Shown in pieces: positions 43,244 through 51,662 of a DNA stretch of 51,662 nucleotides; the first letter of the stretch is position 1; every line of letters begins with the position of its first letter. The notes under the pieces are model-generated. The model made no database searches. It had not been told where the DNA came from and was given only the letters and a program-made list of their open reading frames with translations. A program made the position numbers and the translations under genes. The DNA is from Rhodospirillaceae bacterium. GTDB taxonomy: Bacteria; Pseudomonadota; Alphaproteobacteria; Rhodospirillales; Rhodospirillaceae. The stretch lies in NCBI GenBank assembly GCA_016793085.1, contig JAEUKM010000271.1:1-51662 (forward strand). Direction: 5' to 3'.

Positions 43244-44170
43244 TCATGAAAAGAGGATGGAGGAGAGTTTGCGCCGGCCCTGAACCGTCAGCGCGTCCGC
43301 CGGCCCGAAGGCTTCGAAGAATTTCACTAGTTGTTTGCGCGCGGCCTCTTCGTTCCATTTGCGGTCGATGCGGATAGATTCCAGCAGTTCGTTCATGGCC
43401 CCTTCCTTGTCGCCGGCGCCGAAGCGGGCCATGGCCAGGTCCTGGCGGGCCTGCAAGTCTTTCGGGTTGGCGGCAACCTTGGCGGCCAGCGCATCCACTT
43501 CGCCGCCCGCACCCGCGGCCTGGGCTTTCAGATCCAGCGCCGTCTGCACGGCGGCGATCTCGGCAGCTTTTTTCAAATCGTCGGGCAGCTTGGACAGCAG
43601 ATCAATCGCCGTCTCGTCCTGGCCCAGCGCAATATAGGTTTTCAAGGCCCCCGCCATGGCCTTCACGTGGGCGGGGTCTTGCGCCAGGATTTCCTGGTAG
43701 ATCTCCAGCGCCGTTTCGGGCTGGCCTTCGGCGATGAAGGCTTCGGCTTCGGCCAGCGCTTCGTCGATGGGGTTGCCGCCGCCGCCCGTAAGTTTTTCGA
43801 TAAAGGTTTTCACCTGGCTTTCGGGCATCGCTCCCATAAAGCCGTCGACCGGGCGGCCGCCCTTAAAGGCGTAAACGGCAGGAATGGACTGCACCCGGAA
43901 CTGGGCGGCAAGCTGCTGGTTGTCGTCGACGTTCACCTTCACCAACTTCACCTTGCCGGCGTACTGCTTCACCAGCTTTTCCAGGGTGGGGGTGAGTTGC
44001 TTGCAGGGGCCGCACCAGGGAGCCCAGTAGTCGACGATAACGGGGGTGTATTTTGAGCCCTCGATGACGTCGTGCATGAAGGTGGCCGCGCCCGATTCCT
44101 TGATCAGGTCGCCCGCGGGAATTGCGCTTGAACCCGCGGCCACGGCGCCGCTCGAATCACCAATCAACAT
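43244..44170 (-). CDS. thioredoxin domain plus TPR co-chaperone (YbbN/CnoX-like)
   Basis: VIVDYWAPWCGPCKQL thioredoxin motif, followed by a TPR-like helical C-terminal half. Confidence 0.85.
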   Translation of the reverse strand: MLIGDSSGAVAAGSSAIPAGDLIKESGAATFMHDVIEGSKYTPVIVDYWAPWCGPCKQLTPTLEKLVKQYAGKVKLVKVNVDDNQQLAAQFRVQSIPAVYAFKGGRPVDGFMGAMPESQVKTFIEKLTGGGGNPIDEALAEAEAFIAEGQPETALEIYQEILAQDPAHVKAMAGALKTYIALGQDETAIDLLSKLPDDLKKAAEIAAVQTALDLKAQAAGAGGEVDALAAKVAANPKDLQARQDLAMARFGAGDKEGAMNELLESIRIDRKWNEEAARKQLVKFFEAFGPADALTVQGRRKLSSILFS

Positions 44171-44362
44171 CGGCCTTAAACCTCGTGCAAAACCTGCGGG
44201 TTACATGTGCCGGAATCGGGCCAAAGGCAAGAGCGGGCGGGCGTTTTCCACGGCTTTTAAAGCCGCCCATTTTGCCCCGCCGCGACCCTTGCAATGGGTC
44301 GCTAAATGACTATAGTCCGGCCCTCTTTTCGGGGTTCCTACCAGACCCTGACGCGCTGGAGC

Positions 44363-44437
<75 letters not shown>

Positions 44438-44638
44438 TTTTTCCAAACCAAATCTTCCACATCAGACCTAAAGCCCGGACCCGCCGTCTGCGGTAGCCCC
44501 TAACCTATTGGAATCATTGGGTTGTTCTGTGGGCCGTTGATGTTAACCCGTTGAAATTGCCAACAAATTTCTTTTCGCCTGGAGAGGCCTCAGCCGCCGG
44601 TATAGCGTTCCGCCGCAATTCACTTCGGGAGAGGTCTT

Positions 44639-46006
44639 ATGGAACGGCGCTTGGCATTAACAGCGGCATTCGGCGCAACGGGGATCGGCATGATCGGCAC
44701 CGCCCAGGCCGCGGCCGGAGCAAGCGCGGGCATACCCAACATCCCGAAACTGCCGGCGCCCATCGTGGGCCCGCGCATGAACTTCGCCCAGGCCGACAAG
44801 GTGATGGCGCTGCTGGGTCTGGATGCGATCATCGTCGGCGGGGGCACCAACCTTTATCACGCCACGGGGCTGGATTTGAGTTCGCCCAAGATGGGCCACA
44901 CCCCCAGTGTGTTCGCCGTGATTACGCGTAATGAAAAGCAGCGCCTGTCGCTGATCGCGCCCGCGTTTCTGTACTACTACAACGTCGCGCTGGAATCGGA
45001 AGGCCTGAACGTTCCGGTGTACGTCTACACGTCCAAGGTGCCGGGCGTGATGGAGAACGGCGAGCCCAAGGCCGCGCCCTTCGAAACCTTCCCCGACCGC
45101 AAGGCCGCCAAGTTCGATTTTATCGAAAGCACGCGCAAAAGCGTGGTGGAGGCAACGTTCGCCAAGGACCCCGCCAAACCGAATGCGGAATCCGCCATGC
45201 GCGCGGCGCTGAAAGACTTGGGCCTCATGAAAGGCCGCATCGCTGTCGACCACATCGCCATCAGCAAGGCGATGGCGGAGGCCGCGCCCGAAGCGAGCGT
45301 TGTGGATGCCGACGATGCCTTACGCCGCATCCGGCCCGTGAAGTCGGCGGTGGAAATCGAGCTGATGCGCCAGGCCGCATTCAACAACGCCGAAGCGGCG
45401 AAAGAGGCGGTGAAGGTGGTGCGCGCCGGCGCCGATGTGCGTGAACTGCGCGCGAACTTTTTTGCCGCGGCCGCCTTGCGCGGCCACCGGGGCGTGTTCA
45501 TGGTGATTGACCGTGTCAGCTCGCCCACGTACTCGGCCAAGTTCCGCGACGGCCAGTGCTTCTCTATCGATTGCGTCAGCGAATACATGGGTTATCACGG
45601 CGATTACGCGCGCGCTGTCTTTGTGGGCGAGCCGCCGGCCGCCATGAAGAAAGTGACCGATGCCACCGGCAAGGCCTGGGACATCGTGCGCGAGAATTTA
45701 AAGCCCGGCCTGAAATTCTCCGACGTGCGCGAGATCGGCAAGAAGGCGCTGAAGGGCCTGAACGTGGACTACAACATCTCCTTCACGCCCCACAGTGTCG
45801 GCCTGTACCACTCGGACCATGTGGGCAACACCGGCCTGCCGCCCGTGGGCGACATGGTGCTGGAGCCGGGCATGGTCTTGAGTGTCGATTGCCCGCTGCT
45901 GGAATCAGGGGCCGGCGGCTCGTCGCACCTGGAAGACCTGACGCTGATCACCAAGGACGGGTTTGAGAACCTGAACGATATTAGCGGTAAGACTATTGTG
46001 GTCTGA
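44639..46006 (+). CDS. M24 family metallopeptidase (Xaa-Pro aminopeptidase/creatinase fold) with an N-terminal Tat-like signal
   Basis: MERRLALTAAFGATGIGMIGTAQA signal. Pita-bread fold motifs DCVSEYMGYHGDYARA, HSVGLYHSDH and GMVLSVDCP...HLEDLTLIT. RBS GGGAGAGG. Confidence 0.85.
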   Translation: MERRLALTAAFGATGIGMIGTAQAAAGASAGIPNIPKLPAPIVGPRMNFAQADKVMALLGLDAIIVGGGTNLYHATGLDLSSPKMGHTPSVFAVITRNEKQRLSLIAPAFLYYYNVALESEGLNVPVYVYTSKVPGVMENGEPKAAPFETFPDRKAAKFDFIESTRKSVVEATFAKDPAKPNAESAMRAALKDLGLMKGRIAVDHIAISKAMAEAAPEASVVDADDALRRIRPVKSAVEIELMRQAAFNNAEAAKEAVKVVRAGADVRELRANFFAAAALRGHRGVFMVIDRVSSPTYSAKFRDGQCFSIDCVSEYMGYHGDYARAVFVGEPPAAMKKVTDATGKAWDIVRENLKPGLKFSDVREIGKKALKGLNVDYNISFTPHSVGLYHSDHVGNTGLPPVGDMVLEPGMVLSVDCPLLESGAGGSSHLEDLTLITKDGFENLNDISGKTIVV

Positions 46007-46038
46007 GGCGACGCATCAGACCGCGGCAGATTTCAACA

Positions 46039-46515
46039 CTAAGTGGGCTTGAAGGCTTTCGCGGCTTTGAAACCGATGAAGGCGAAGGCCGCCAGCACGA
46101 TTAGCTGACTGATGGCAAAGGGTGGTTCGGATTGGGTGGGCGCCAGTGCTGCCAGCGCGCCGACCTTGTTGAATGCCTGCACCACCGCCACGAACACCAA
46201 GAGGTATTCCGACACCACCATGCCTGCGGCATAGATCCAGCGCCACGCGCCCGAAAGCCCGTACTTGAAACGGGCCAGCAGCATCACAGCCAGAATAATG
46301 AGTGCGATAGCGCCGACGATTTGCGCAGGCGTGACGCCGACAAAGGGAAAGAAATAGCCGGTCACACTTGTTCCAATGGCAAGGACCAGGAACGCCGTGG
46401 AGATGGGGCTGTTGACGCGGCCCTTGAACAACTCCATCAGCGCCGGGATGCCCACCAGGATCGCGATAATACTCATAATCGTGTGAAAGCCCGTGAGCGT
46501 GGTGATGTCGAACAT
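46039..46515 (-). CDS. hypothetical integral membrane protein
   Basis: 158 aa from the ATG at 46513-46515 (MFDITTLTGFHTIMSIIAILVGI...), four TM segments. The track's longer start adds a non-membrane leader with poor coding look. Confidence 0.6.
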   Translation of the reverse strand: MFDITTLTGFHTIMSIIAILVGIPALMELFKGRVNSPISTAFLVLAIGTSVTGYFFPFVGVTPAQIVGAIALIILAVMLLARFKYGLSGAWRWIYAAGMVVSEYLLVFVAVVQAFNKVGALAALAPTQSEPPFAISQLIVLAAFAFIGFKAAKAFKPT

Positions 46516-46741
46516 GGCGCACCCCTTAGACAGAAAACCTCTCGACCGGCGCATCATGCCCGCGGATACGGAAAACCGGTGCAAAACGATGTAAATTCTG
46601 CCGATGCTGCAACGCAGCATTCACGGAACTTTGCCGTTCGCTCCCCTGCCCTAACGCCCTGACTATGCTAAGGTTCTTGGGAGTAGCGCGCAAACGCGGG
46701 CGTCATCGTCACGCCGCGCCGGTTGGGGGAGAGAACGTACC

Positions 46742-49700
46742 ATGGTCACTTGGGCCAACAGCGAGATCGCGGACATCATCAAGAAGGCGCAAGACGCCGC
46801 CGGCAAGAAAGCCTCGGCAACGGAACGCGACACCATCAAGCGCTTCATCGGGCAGTTCTACGCAGGTTCTCCGCCGGACGATCTGAAGGGCCGTTCGGCC
46901 GATCAACTAGCCGCTACCGCCATCACCGTGTGGGAGACGATGCAGAGCCGCAGCGCCGGCGCGCCCAAGGTGCGCGTGATCGCCGGCGGCGGCAAAGGCG
47001 GACCCGAGAAAACCACCATCATCATCGTCAACGACGACATGCCGTTCCTGGTGGATTCCGTCACCGCCGAACTGGACCGCATCGAGGAACAGCCGCAACT
47101 GGCCATTCACCCGATTCTGACCGTCGCCCGCGATAGCGCTGGCAAACTGACGGGCCTGCTTGATTCCGGCGACGACGAACAATCATCGGGGCCCTCGGGG
47201 CAGGTTGTGGAATCGGTCATGCACATCGAGATCAGCCCCCTGGCCGATCCCGACATGGCCGAGCGTATCCGCGACAATATCACGAGCGTTTTGAATGACG
47301 TGCGCCTGTCGGTGCGCGACTGGCAGCAGATGCGCCGCCATGCCGGGCGTCTGTCGGCGGATTTCGACGGGCCGTCGCCGGGAGTGACCCGCGAGCAGGC
47401 CGAGGAAGTCTCAAGCTTCCTGCGCTGGCTGCACGACGACCACTACACCTTCCTGGGTTACCGCCGCTACACGCTGGACGGCAACAAGGCCGGCAAGAAG
47501 ATCGTCAACATCGTCCAGAACGAAAGCTTAGGCGTGCTGACCAAGCGTCAGATCGGCGTGTTCGAGGGCCTGGTGGACGGCGCCGAAGTGCCCGCCCAGT
47601 TCGCCCATTTCCTCGACAGCGCCAACATTTTCCTGGTGATCAAAGCCAACCAGCGCGCCACCGTACACCGCCGCGTGCACTATGACGTGATCGCGGTGAA
47701 AACCTTCGATGAGGCGGGCAAAGTCTCGGGCCTGCGCATGTTCGTGGGCCTGTTCACGGCGGATGTCTACACCAACAGTCCCAATTTCGTGCCGATCCTG
47801 CGCAGCAAGATCGACCGCATTCGGGCGAGTGTGGGTTTCCGCAAGCACGGGCATGACGGCAAGCGCCTGCAAAACATCATGGAGAATCTGCCGCGCGACG
47901 AACTGTTCGAAAGCTCGGACGAGTACCTGCAGCAGGTGGGCCTGGGGCTTTTGCACCTTCAGGAACGCGCGCGCACGGCCGTGTTCATCCGCCTCGACCA
48001 ATTCGAGCGTTTCGCCTCGTGCCTAGTGTATGTGCCGCGCGACCGTTTCGATACGCAATTGCGCGGCGTGATCGGCGACATTCTGGTGAAGGCCTTCAAC
48101 GGCCGGCTGTCGACTTACTACACGCAAGTCAGCGACGCGGCGCAAGCGCGCGTGCACTACATCATCGCCACCAAGCCCGGGGCCGTGCCCAAGGTGGACT
48201 TCAAGGCCCTGGAAACGCAGATCGCCAAGGCCAGCCGCGCCTGGGCCGATGGGCTTAAAGATGCGTTGATCAAGACCCACGGCGAGGCCGAGGGCGTGCG
48301 CCAGTTCAACCTGTTCGCCCATGCCTTCCCCAACGCCTACAAGGAACGCTTCGACCCGGAAGAGGCCGTGGGCGATGCGGCCCGCGTGATGAAATGCTCG
48401 GGCGACAAGCAGGTGGGCATTTATGTCTACAAGCCCAAGTCCACAGCGGGCACGGTCGCCATCAAGATCTATAACACGGGAACGGTTCTGGCCCTGTCCG
48501 ACGTCATCCCCGTGCTGGAGAACTTGGGCTTCCGCGCCGTCGGCGAGGAGCCCTACCAGATCAGCCCGCAAGGCTCGGCGGGCGGCAATGCGGTGTGGCT
48601 GCACGACTTTTTGATGACGGTCGCGGGCGGCAAAGAACTGAACATCGAAGCCGTGCGCGAACCGGTGGAAGATGCATTCTTGCGCGTCTGGAACGGCGAG
48701 ATGGAAAGCGACGGGTTCAACAAGCTCGTCACTTTCTCAGGGCTTAAATGGCGCGAAGTGGTGATCCTGCGCAGTTATGCGAAATACTTGCGCCAGGTGG
48801 CCTTCCCGTTCTCGCAGACGTACATCGAAACGGCGTTTGAGAAGCACCCGGGCGTTGCGCGCCTGCTGGTGGACCTGTTCGTCACCAGCTTCGACCCCGC
48901 CCTGAACACGGGCTCGAAGGCAAAAGCAACCGCGGCGCAAGCCGCAAAACTGACGGCCGAGATCACCGCCGCCTTGGATGCGGTGACCAACGCCGACGAA
49001 GACCGCATTTTGCGGCGTTATTTGACGCTGATCGAAGCATCCTTGCGCACCAACTACTTCCAGAAAGCCGCCGATGGTTCGCACAAGCCGTATGTCTCGA
49101 TCAAGCTGAACAGCAAGCAGATCCCCGATCTGCCGCTGCCGCGGCCCAATGTGGAAGTGTTCGTTTATAGCCCACGCGTGGAAGCCATTCACTTACGCGG
49201 CGGCAAGGTAGCGCGCGGTGGCTTGCGCTGGTCGGACCGGCGCGAGGATTTCCGCTCGGAAATTCTGGGCCTGGTGAAAGCCCAGATGGTGAAGAACGCC
49301 GTGATCGTGCCCACGGGCTCGAAGGGCGGCTTTGTCGTGAAGCGCCCGCCCGCGACCGGCGGCCGCGACGCCTTCCAGGCGGAAGGCATCGCCTGTTACC
49401 AGACGCTGCAACGCGGCCTGCTCGACATCACCGACAACGTCGTGAACGACCAGATCGTTCCGCCCGCCAGCGTGGTGCGCAAGGATGCCGATGACCCGTA
49501 TCTGGTGGTGGCCGCCGACAAGGGCACAGCCACATTTTCGGACATCGCCAACGCAATATCAGCTGAATACAATTTCTGGCTGGGCGATGCCTATGCCTCG
49601 GGCGGGTCCGTCGGTTACGACCACAAGGCCATGGGCATCACGGCCAAGGGCGCCTGGGAGTGCGTGAAGCGCCACTTCCGCGAAATGGGTGTCGACACCC

Positions 49701-51613
49701 AAAGCCAGCCTTTCACTGTCGCGGGCGTGGGCGATATGAGCGGCGATGTGTTCGGCAACGGCATGATGCTATCCAAGCATGCGCGGCTGCAGGCCGCCTT
49801 CAACCACCTGCACATCTTCATCGACCCCAACCCGGACGCGGCCAAGAGCTTCGAGGAGCGGGTGCGGATGTTCAAACTGCCGCGCTCCAACTGGACGGAC
49901 TACAACGCCAAGCTGATCAGCAAGGGCGGCGGCATTTTTGAGCGCTCGGCCAAGTCCATCAAGCTCTCGCCCGAGATGAAGGAACTCCTGGAGATCAACA
50001 AGGCCGAAGCAACGCCCACGGAAATCCTCAATGCGATTCTGCGCATGAAGGTGGATCTCTTGTTCTTCGGCGGCATCGGCACCTACGTGAAATCCTCGGC
50101 TGAAAGCCATGCAGACGCGTCCGACCGCGCCAACGACGCCATCCGCATCAACGGCGAGCAGATCCGCGCCAAGGTGGTGGGCGAGGGCGCGAACCTTGGG
50201 ATGACACAACGCGGACGCATCGAAGCGGCCCAAGCGGGCGTGCGGCTAAACACCGACGCCATCGACAATTCCGCCGGGGTAGACTGCTCGGACCATGAGG
50301 TAAACATCAAGATTCTCCTCAACGGTCAGATGGCTGCGGGCAAGCTGAGCCTGCCCAACCGCAATAAACTGCTGGCAGAAATGACCGACGAGGTGGGCGA
50401 GCTAGTGCTCCGCGACAACTATCAGCAATCGCAGACCATCAGTATTTTGCAGCGCCGCGCGGCCGAGTTGCTGGAAGGCCAGCAGCGCACCATGAAGCTG
50501 TTCGAGCGCGAAGGGTTGCTCAACCGCGATGTGGAATTCCTGCCCGGCGACGAAGACATCCAGGAACGTATGAGCAAGGGTTTGGGCCTGGTGCGGCCCG
50601 AACTGGCGGTGTTCCTGTCCTACGGCAAGATGTGGCTATACGACAAGCTGATCAACTCGGACCTGCCCGATGATCCCACGGCCGAGGATGACCTGATCAC
50701 GTACTTCCCGACACCGTTGCGCAAGAAATATCTGGACGCCATCCGCCGCCACAAACTGCGCCGTGAAATCATCGCGACTGTGGCCACCAACAGCTTCATC
50801 AACCGCGTGGGCCCGTCGTTCCTGACGACCCTGATGGACCGCACGGGGCTGGGGCCGGTGGATGTGGCGAAAGCCTACGTGATCACCCGCACGGCCTTCG
50901 ACTTGCGCGAAATTTGGAAAGCCATCGAGGCCTTGGACAACAAGGTCTCGGCCGAAGCCCAGACCGACATGCTGATCGAGATCAACCGCATGGTTGAACG
51001 CAGCGTCTTGTGGCTGTTGCGGCACGTGACCGGACCTATCGACATCTCCAAGGAAATCGGCAAGTTGCAGCCGGCGGTGAAGGAACTGCGCCAGAACTTC
51101 AAGAGCCTGTGGTCCGACGAAGTGGCGGCTTACGTGAACAAGCAGGCCGAGGCCTTCAAGGCCAAGGGCGTTCCGGCGGAGCTTGCGTTCACGGTGGCCT
51201 CGCTCTACCGCCTGGCTGCGGCCAACGACATCCTGCGCTTGGCCGACACGGTGAAGCAGCCTATCCAGCAGGTGGCAAAGATTTATTACCTGACGGGCGA
51301 ACGTTTCGGCATGGGTGCCTTGCGCGCCCGCACCGAGGGCATGGTGCGCGCCAGCCACTGGGATCGTTTGGCGGTATCGGCGGCAGTAGAAGAGCTGTAT
51401 GCGCACCAGACCAATCTGGCCCAACGCATCATCACGCAGGCCAAGGCCAAGAAGCTCACGGGTGTTAAAGCCGTGGATGCGTGGGTGGACGGCAACAAGG
51501 CTAACGCCGAGAGGTATGACGCGGTGTACGGTGAAATCCGCTCCACCGACGGGCTGAACCTCGCCATGCTGACGGTGGCCAACCGCTCGCTCAGTTCATT
51601 GATCGCAAGCTAG
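46742..51613 (+). CDS. NAD-specific glutamate dehydrogenase, large (about 180 kDa) class
   Basis: 1623 aa. The central catalytic region (GGLRWSDRREDFRSEILGLVKAQMVKNAVIVPTGSKGGFV..., DKGTATFSD.AN, GGSVGYDHKAMGITAKGAW, GDMSGDVFGNGML) is characteristic of Bac_GDH enzymes. RBS GGGGGAGAG. Confidence 0.95.
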   Translation: MVTWANSEIADIIKKAQDAAGKKASATERDTIKRFIGQFYAGSPPDDLKGRSADQLAATAITVWETMQSRSAGAPKVRVIAGGGKGGPEKTTIIIVNDDMPFLVDSVTAELDRIEEQPQLAIHPILTVARDSAGKLTGLLDSGDDEQSSGPSGQVVESVMHIEISPLADPDMAERIRDNITSVLNDVRLSVRDWQQMRRHAGRLSADFDGPSPGVTREQAEEVSSFLRWLHDDHYTFLGYRRYTLDGNKAGKKIVNIVQNESLGVLTKRQIGVFEGLVDGAEVPAQFAHFLDSANIFLVIKANQRATVHRRVHYDVIAVKTFDEAGKVSGLRMFVGLFTADVYTNSPNFVPILRSKIDRIRASVGFRKHGHDGKRLQNIMENLPRDELFESSDEYLQQVGLGLLHLQERARTAVFIRLDQFERFASCLVYVPRDRFDTQLRGVIGDILVKAFNGRLSTYYTQVSDAAQARVHYIIATKPGAVPKVDFKALETQIAKASRAWADGLKDALIKTHGEAEGVRQFNLFAHAFPNAYKERFDPEEAVGDAARVMKCSGDKQVGIYVYKPKSTAGTVAIKIYNTGTVLALSDVIPVLENLGFRAVGEEPYQISPQGSAGGNAVWLHDFLMTVAGGKELNIEAVREPVEDAFLRVWNGEMESDGFNKLVTFSGLKWREVVILRSYAKYLRQVAFPFSQTYIETAFEKHPGVARLLVDLFVTSFDPALNTGSKAKATAAQAAKLTAEITAALDAVTNADEDRILRRYLTLIEASLRTNYFQKAADGSHKPYVSIKLNSKQIPDLPLPRPNVEVFVYSPRVEAIHLRGGKVARGGLRWSDRREDFRSEILGLVKAQMVKNAVIVPTGSKGGFVVKRPPATGGRDAFQAEGIACYQTLQRGLLDITDNVVNDQIVPPASVVRKDADDPYLVVAADKGTATFSDIANAISAEYNFWLGDAYASGGSVGYDHKAMGITAKGAWECVKRHFREMGVDTQSQPFTVAGVGDMSGDVFGNGMMLSKHARLQAAFNHLHIFIDPNPDAAKSFEERVRMFKLPRSNWTDYNAKLISKGGGIFERSAKSIKLSPEMKELLEINKAEATPTEILNAILRMKVDLLFFGGIGTYVKSSAESHADASDRANDAIRINGEQIRAKVVGEGANLGMTQRGRIEAAQAGVRLNTDAIDNSAGVDCSDHEVNIKILLNGQMAAGKLSLPNRNKLLAEMTDEVGELVLRDNYQQSQTISILQRRAAELLEGQQRTMKLFEREGLLNRDVEFLPGDEDIQERMSKGLGLVRPELAVFLSYGKMWLYDKLINSDLPDDPTAEDDLITYFPTPLRKKYLDAIRRHKLRREIIATVATNSFINRVGPSFLTTLMDRTGLGPVDVAKAYVITRTAFDLREIWKAIEALDNKVSAEAQTDMLIEINRMVERSVLWLLRHVTGPIDISKEIGKLQPAVKELRQNFKSLWSDEVAAYVNKQAEAFKAKGVPAELAFTVASLYRLAAANDILRLADTVKQPIQQVAKIYYLTGERFGMGALRARTEGMVRASHWDRLAVSAAVEELYAHQTNLAQRIITQAKAKKLTGVKAVDAWVDGNKANAERYDAVYGEIRSTDGLNLAMLTVANRSLSSLIAS

Positions 51614-51622
51614 GGTACGTAA

Positions 51623-51640
51623 CCTCTCCTTTGGGAGAGG
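51623..51640 (+). other. hairpin CCTCTCC-TTTG-GGAGAGG after the gdh stop, start of a REP-like element cut by the window end
   Basis: 7-bp stem directly after the stop, followed by TCGAGCGAAGCGAGGGTGAGGG. No T tract. The partner half, if any, lies beyond 51662. Confidence 0.4.
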
Positions 51641-51662
51641 TCGAGCGAAGCGAGGGTGAGGG

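Noticed and set aside
51617-51662. REP-like element / terminator after the NAD-GDH gene
   Set aside because: It is truncated by the window end. Only one hairpin is visible and there is no T tract, so it cannot be evaluated.

Overview
This is a densely coding, high-GC segment that looks like an alphaproteobacterial chromosome. The pointers to that lineage are an Irr regulator with ICE-type operators, a Bax-inhibitor (ybhL-type) gene with a long structured leader, DUF1330/DUF971/Trm112 neighbourhoods, and a 1623-aa NAD-glutamate dehydrogenase. I call about 55 protein genes and two tRNAs: Thr-CGU on the minus strand and Gly-GCC on the plus strand. I found no rRNA, CRISPR array, transposase, integrase, prophage or recognisable defence island.

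Gene content by region:
- 1-12.0 kb: a long minus-strand cluster of Asp/Glu-racemase-like, DUF1330, RidA, FAH, five Dpp/Opp-type ABC transporter genes and a thioredoxin-like ferredoxin. A divergent MFS transporter and a tandem-DUF1330 gene sit beside it.
- 12-20 kb: fasciclin, MarR, a cNMP-binding/TPR protein, mobA-glpK, a two-domain cold-shock protein and an MFS transporter.
- 20-23.3 kb: irr followed by a rubrerythrin / CCG Fe-S protein / DUF3501 operon.
- 24-36 kb: housekeeping genes (hydroxyacid dehydrogenase, pabBC, TrmH-type methylase, EamA transporter, pterin dehydratase, UDG, CobB, LMW-PTP, ThpR, FIST, TesA).
- 36-51.6 kb: ybbA/ybbP-type ABC, BI-1, UbiH-family hydroxylase, DUF971, Trm112, Lon-N domain protein, thioredoxin-TPR, M24 peptidase and NAD-GDH.

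I did not find a convincing multi-gene novel system. The best leads are mostly non-coding or architectural:
1. A 15-codon leader ORF with three consecutive Arg codons plus an intrinsic terminator, directly in front of the EamA transporter.
2. A 4 x 28-bp tandem hairpin array that starts inside the last codons of the cold-shock gene.
3. marR bracketed by two copies of the palindrome TGTATATACA.
4. Two related hairpin elements with a GTGGGAACCGGTT core bracketing the Irr-controlled rubrerythrin operon.
5. A racemase-superfamily protein that seems to lack both catalytic cysteines, inside a cluster rich in DUF1330.
6. A minimal class III cyclase that lacks the transition-state arginine, next to an AT-rich orphan membrane gene.

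All product calls come from reading motifs by eye. No database search was run.
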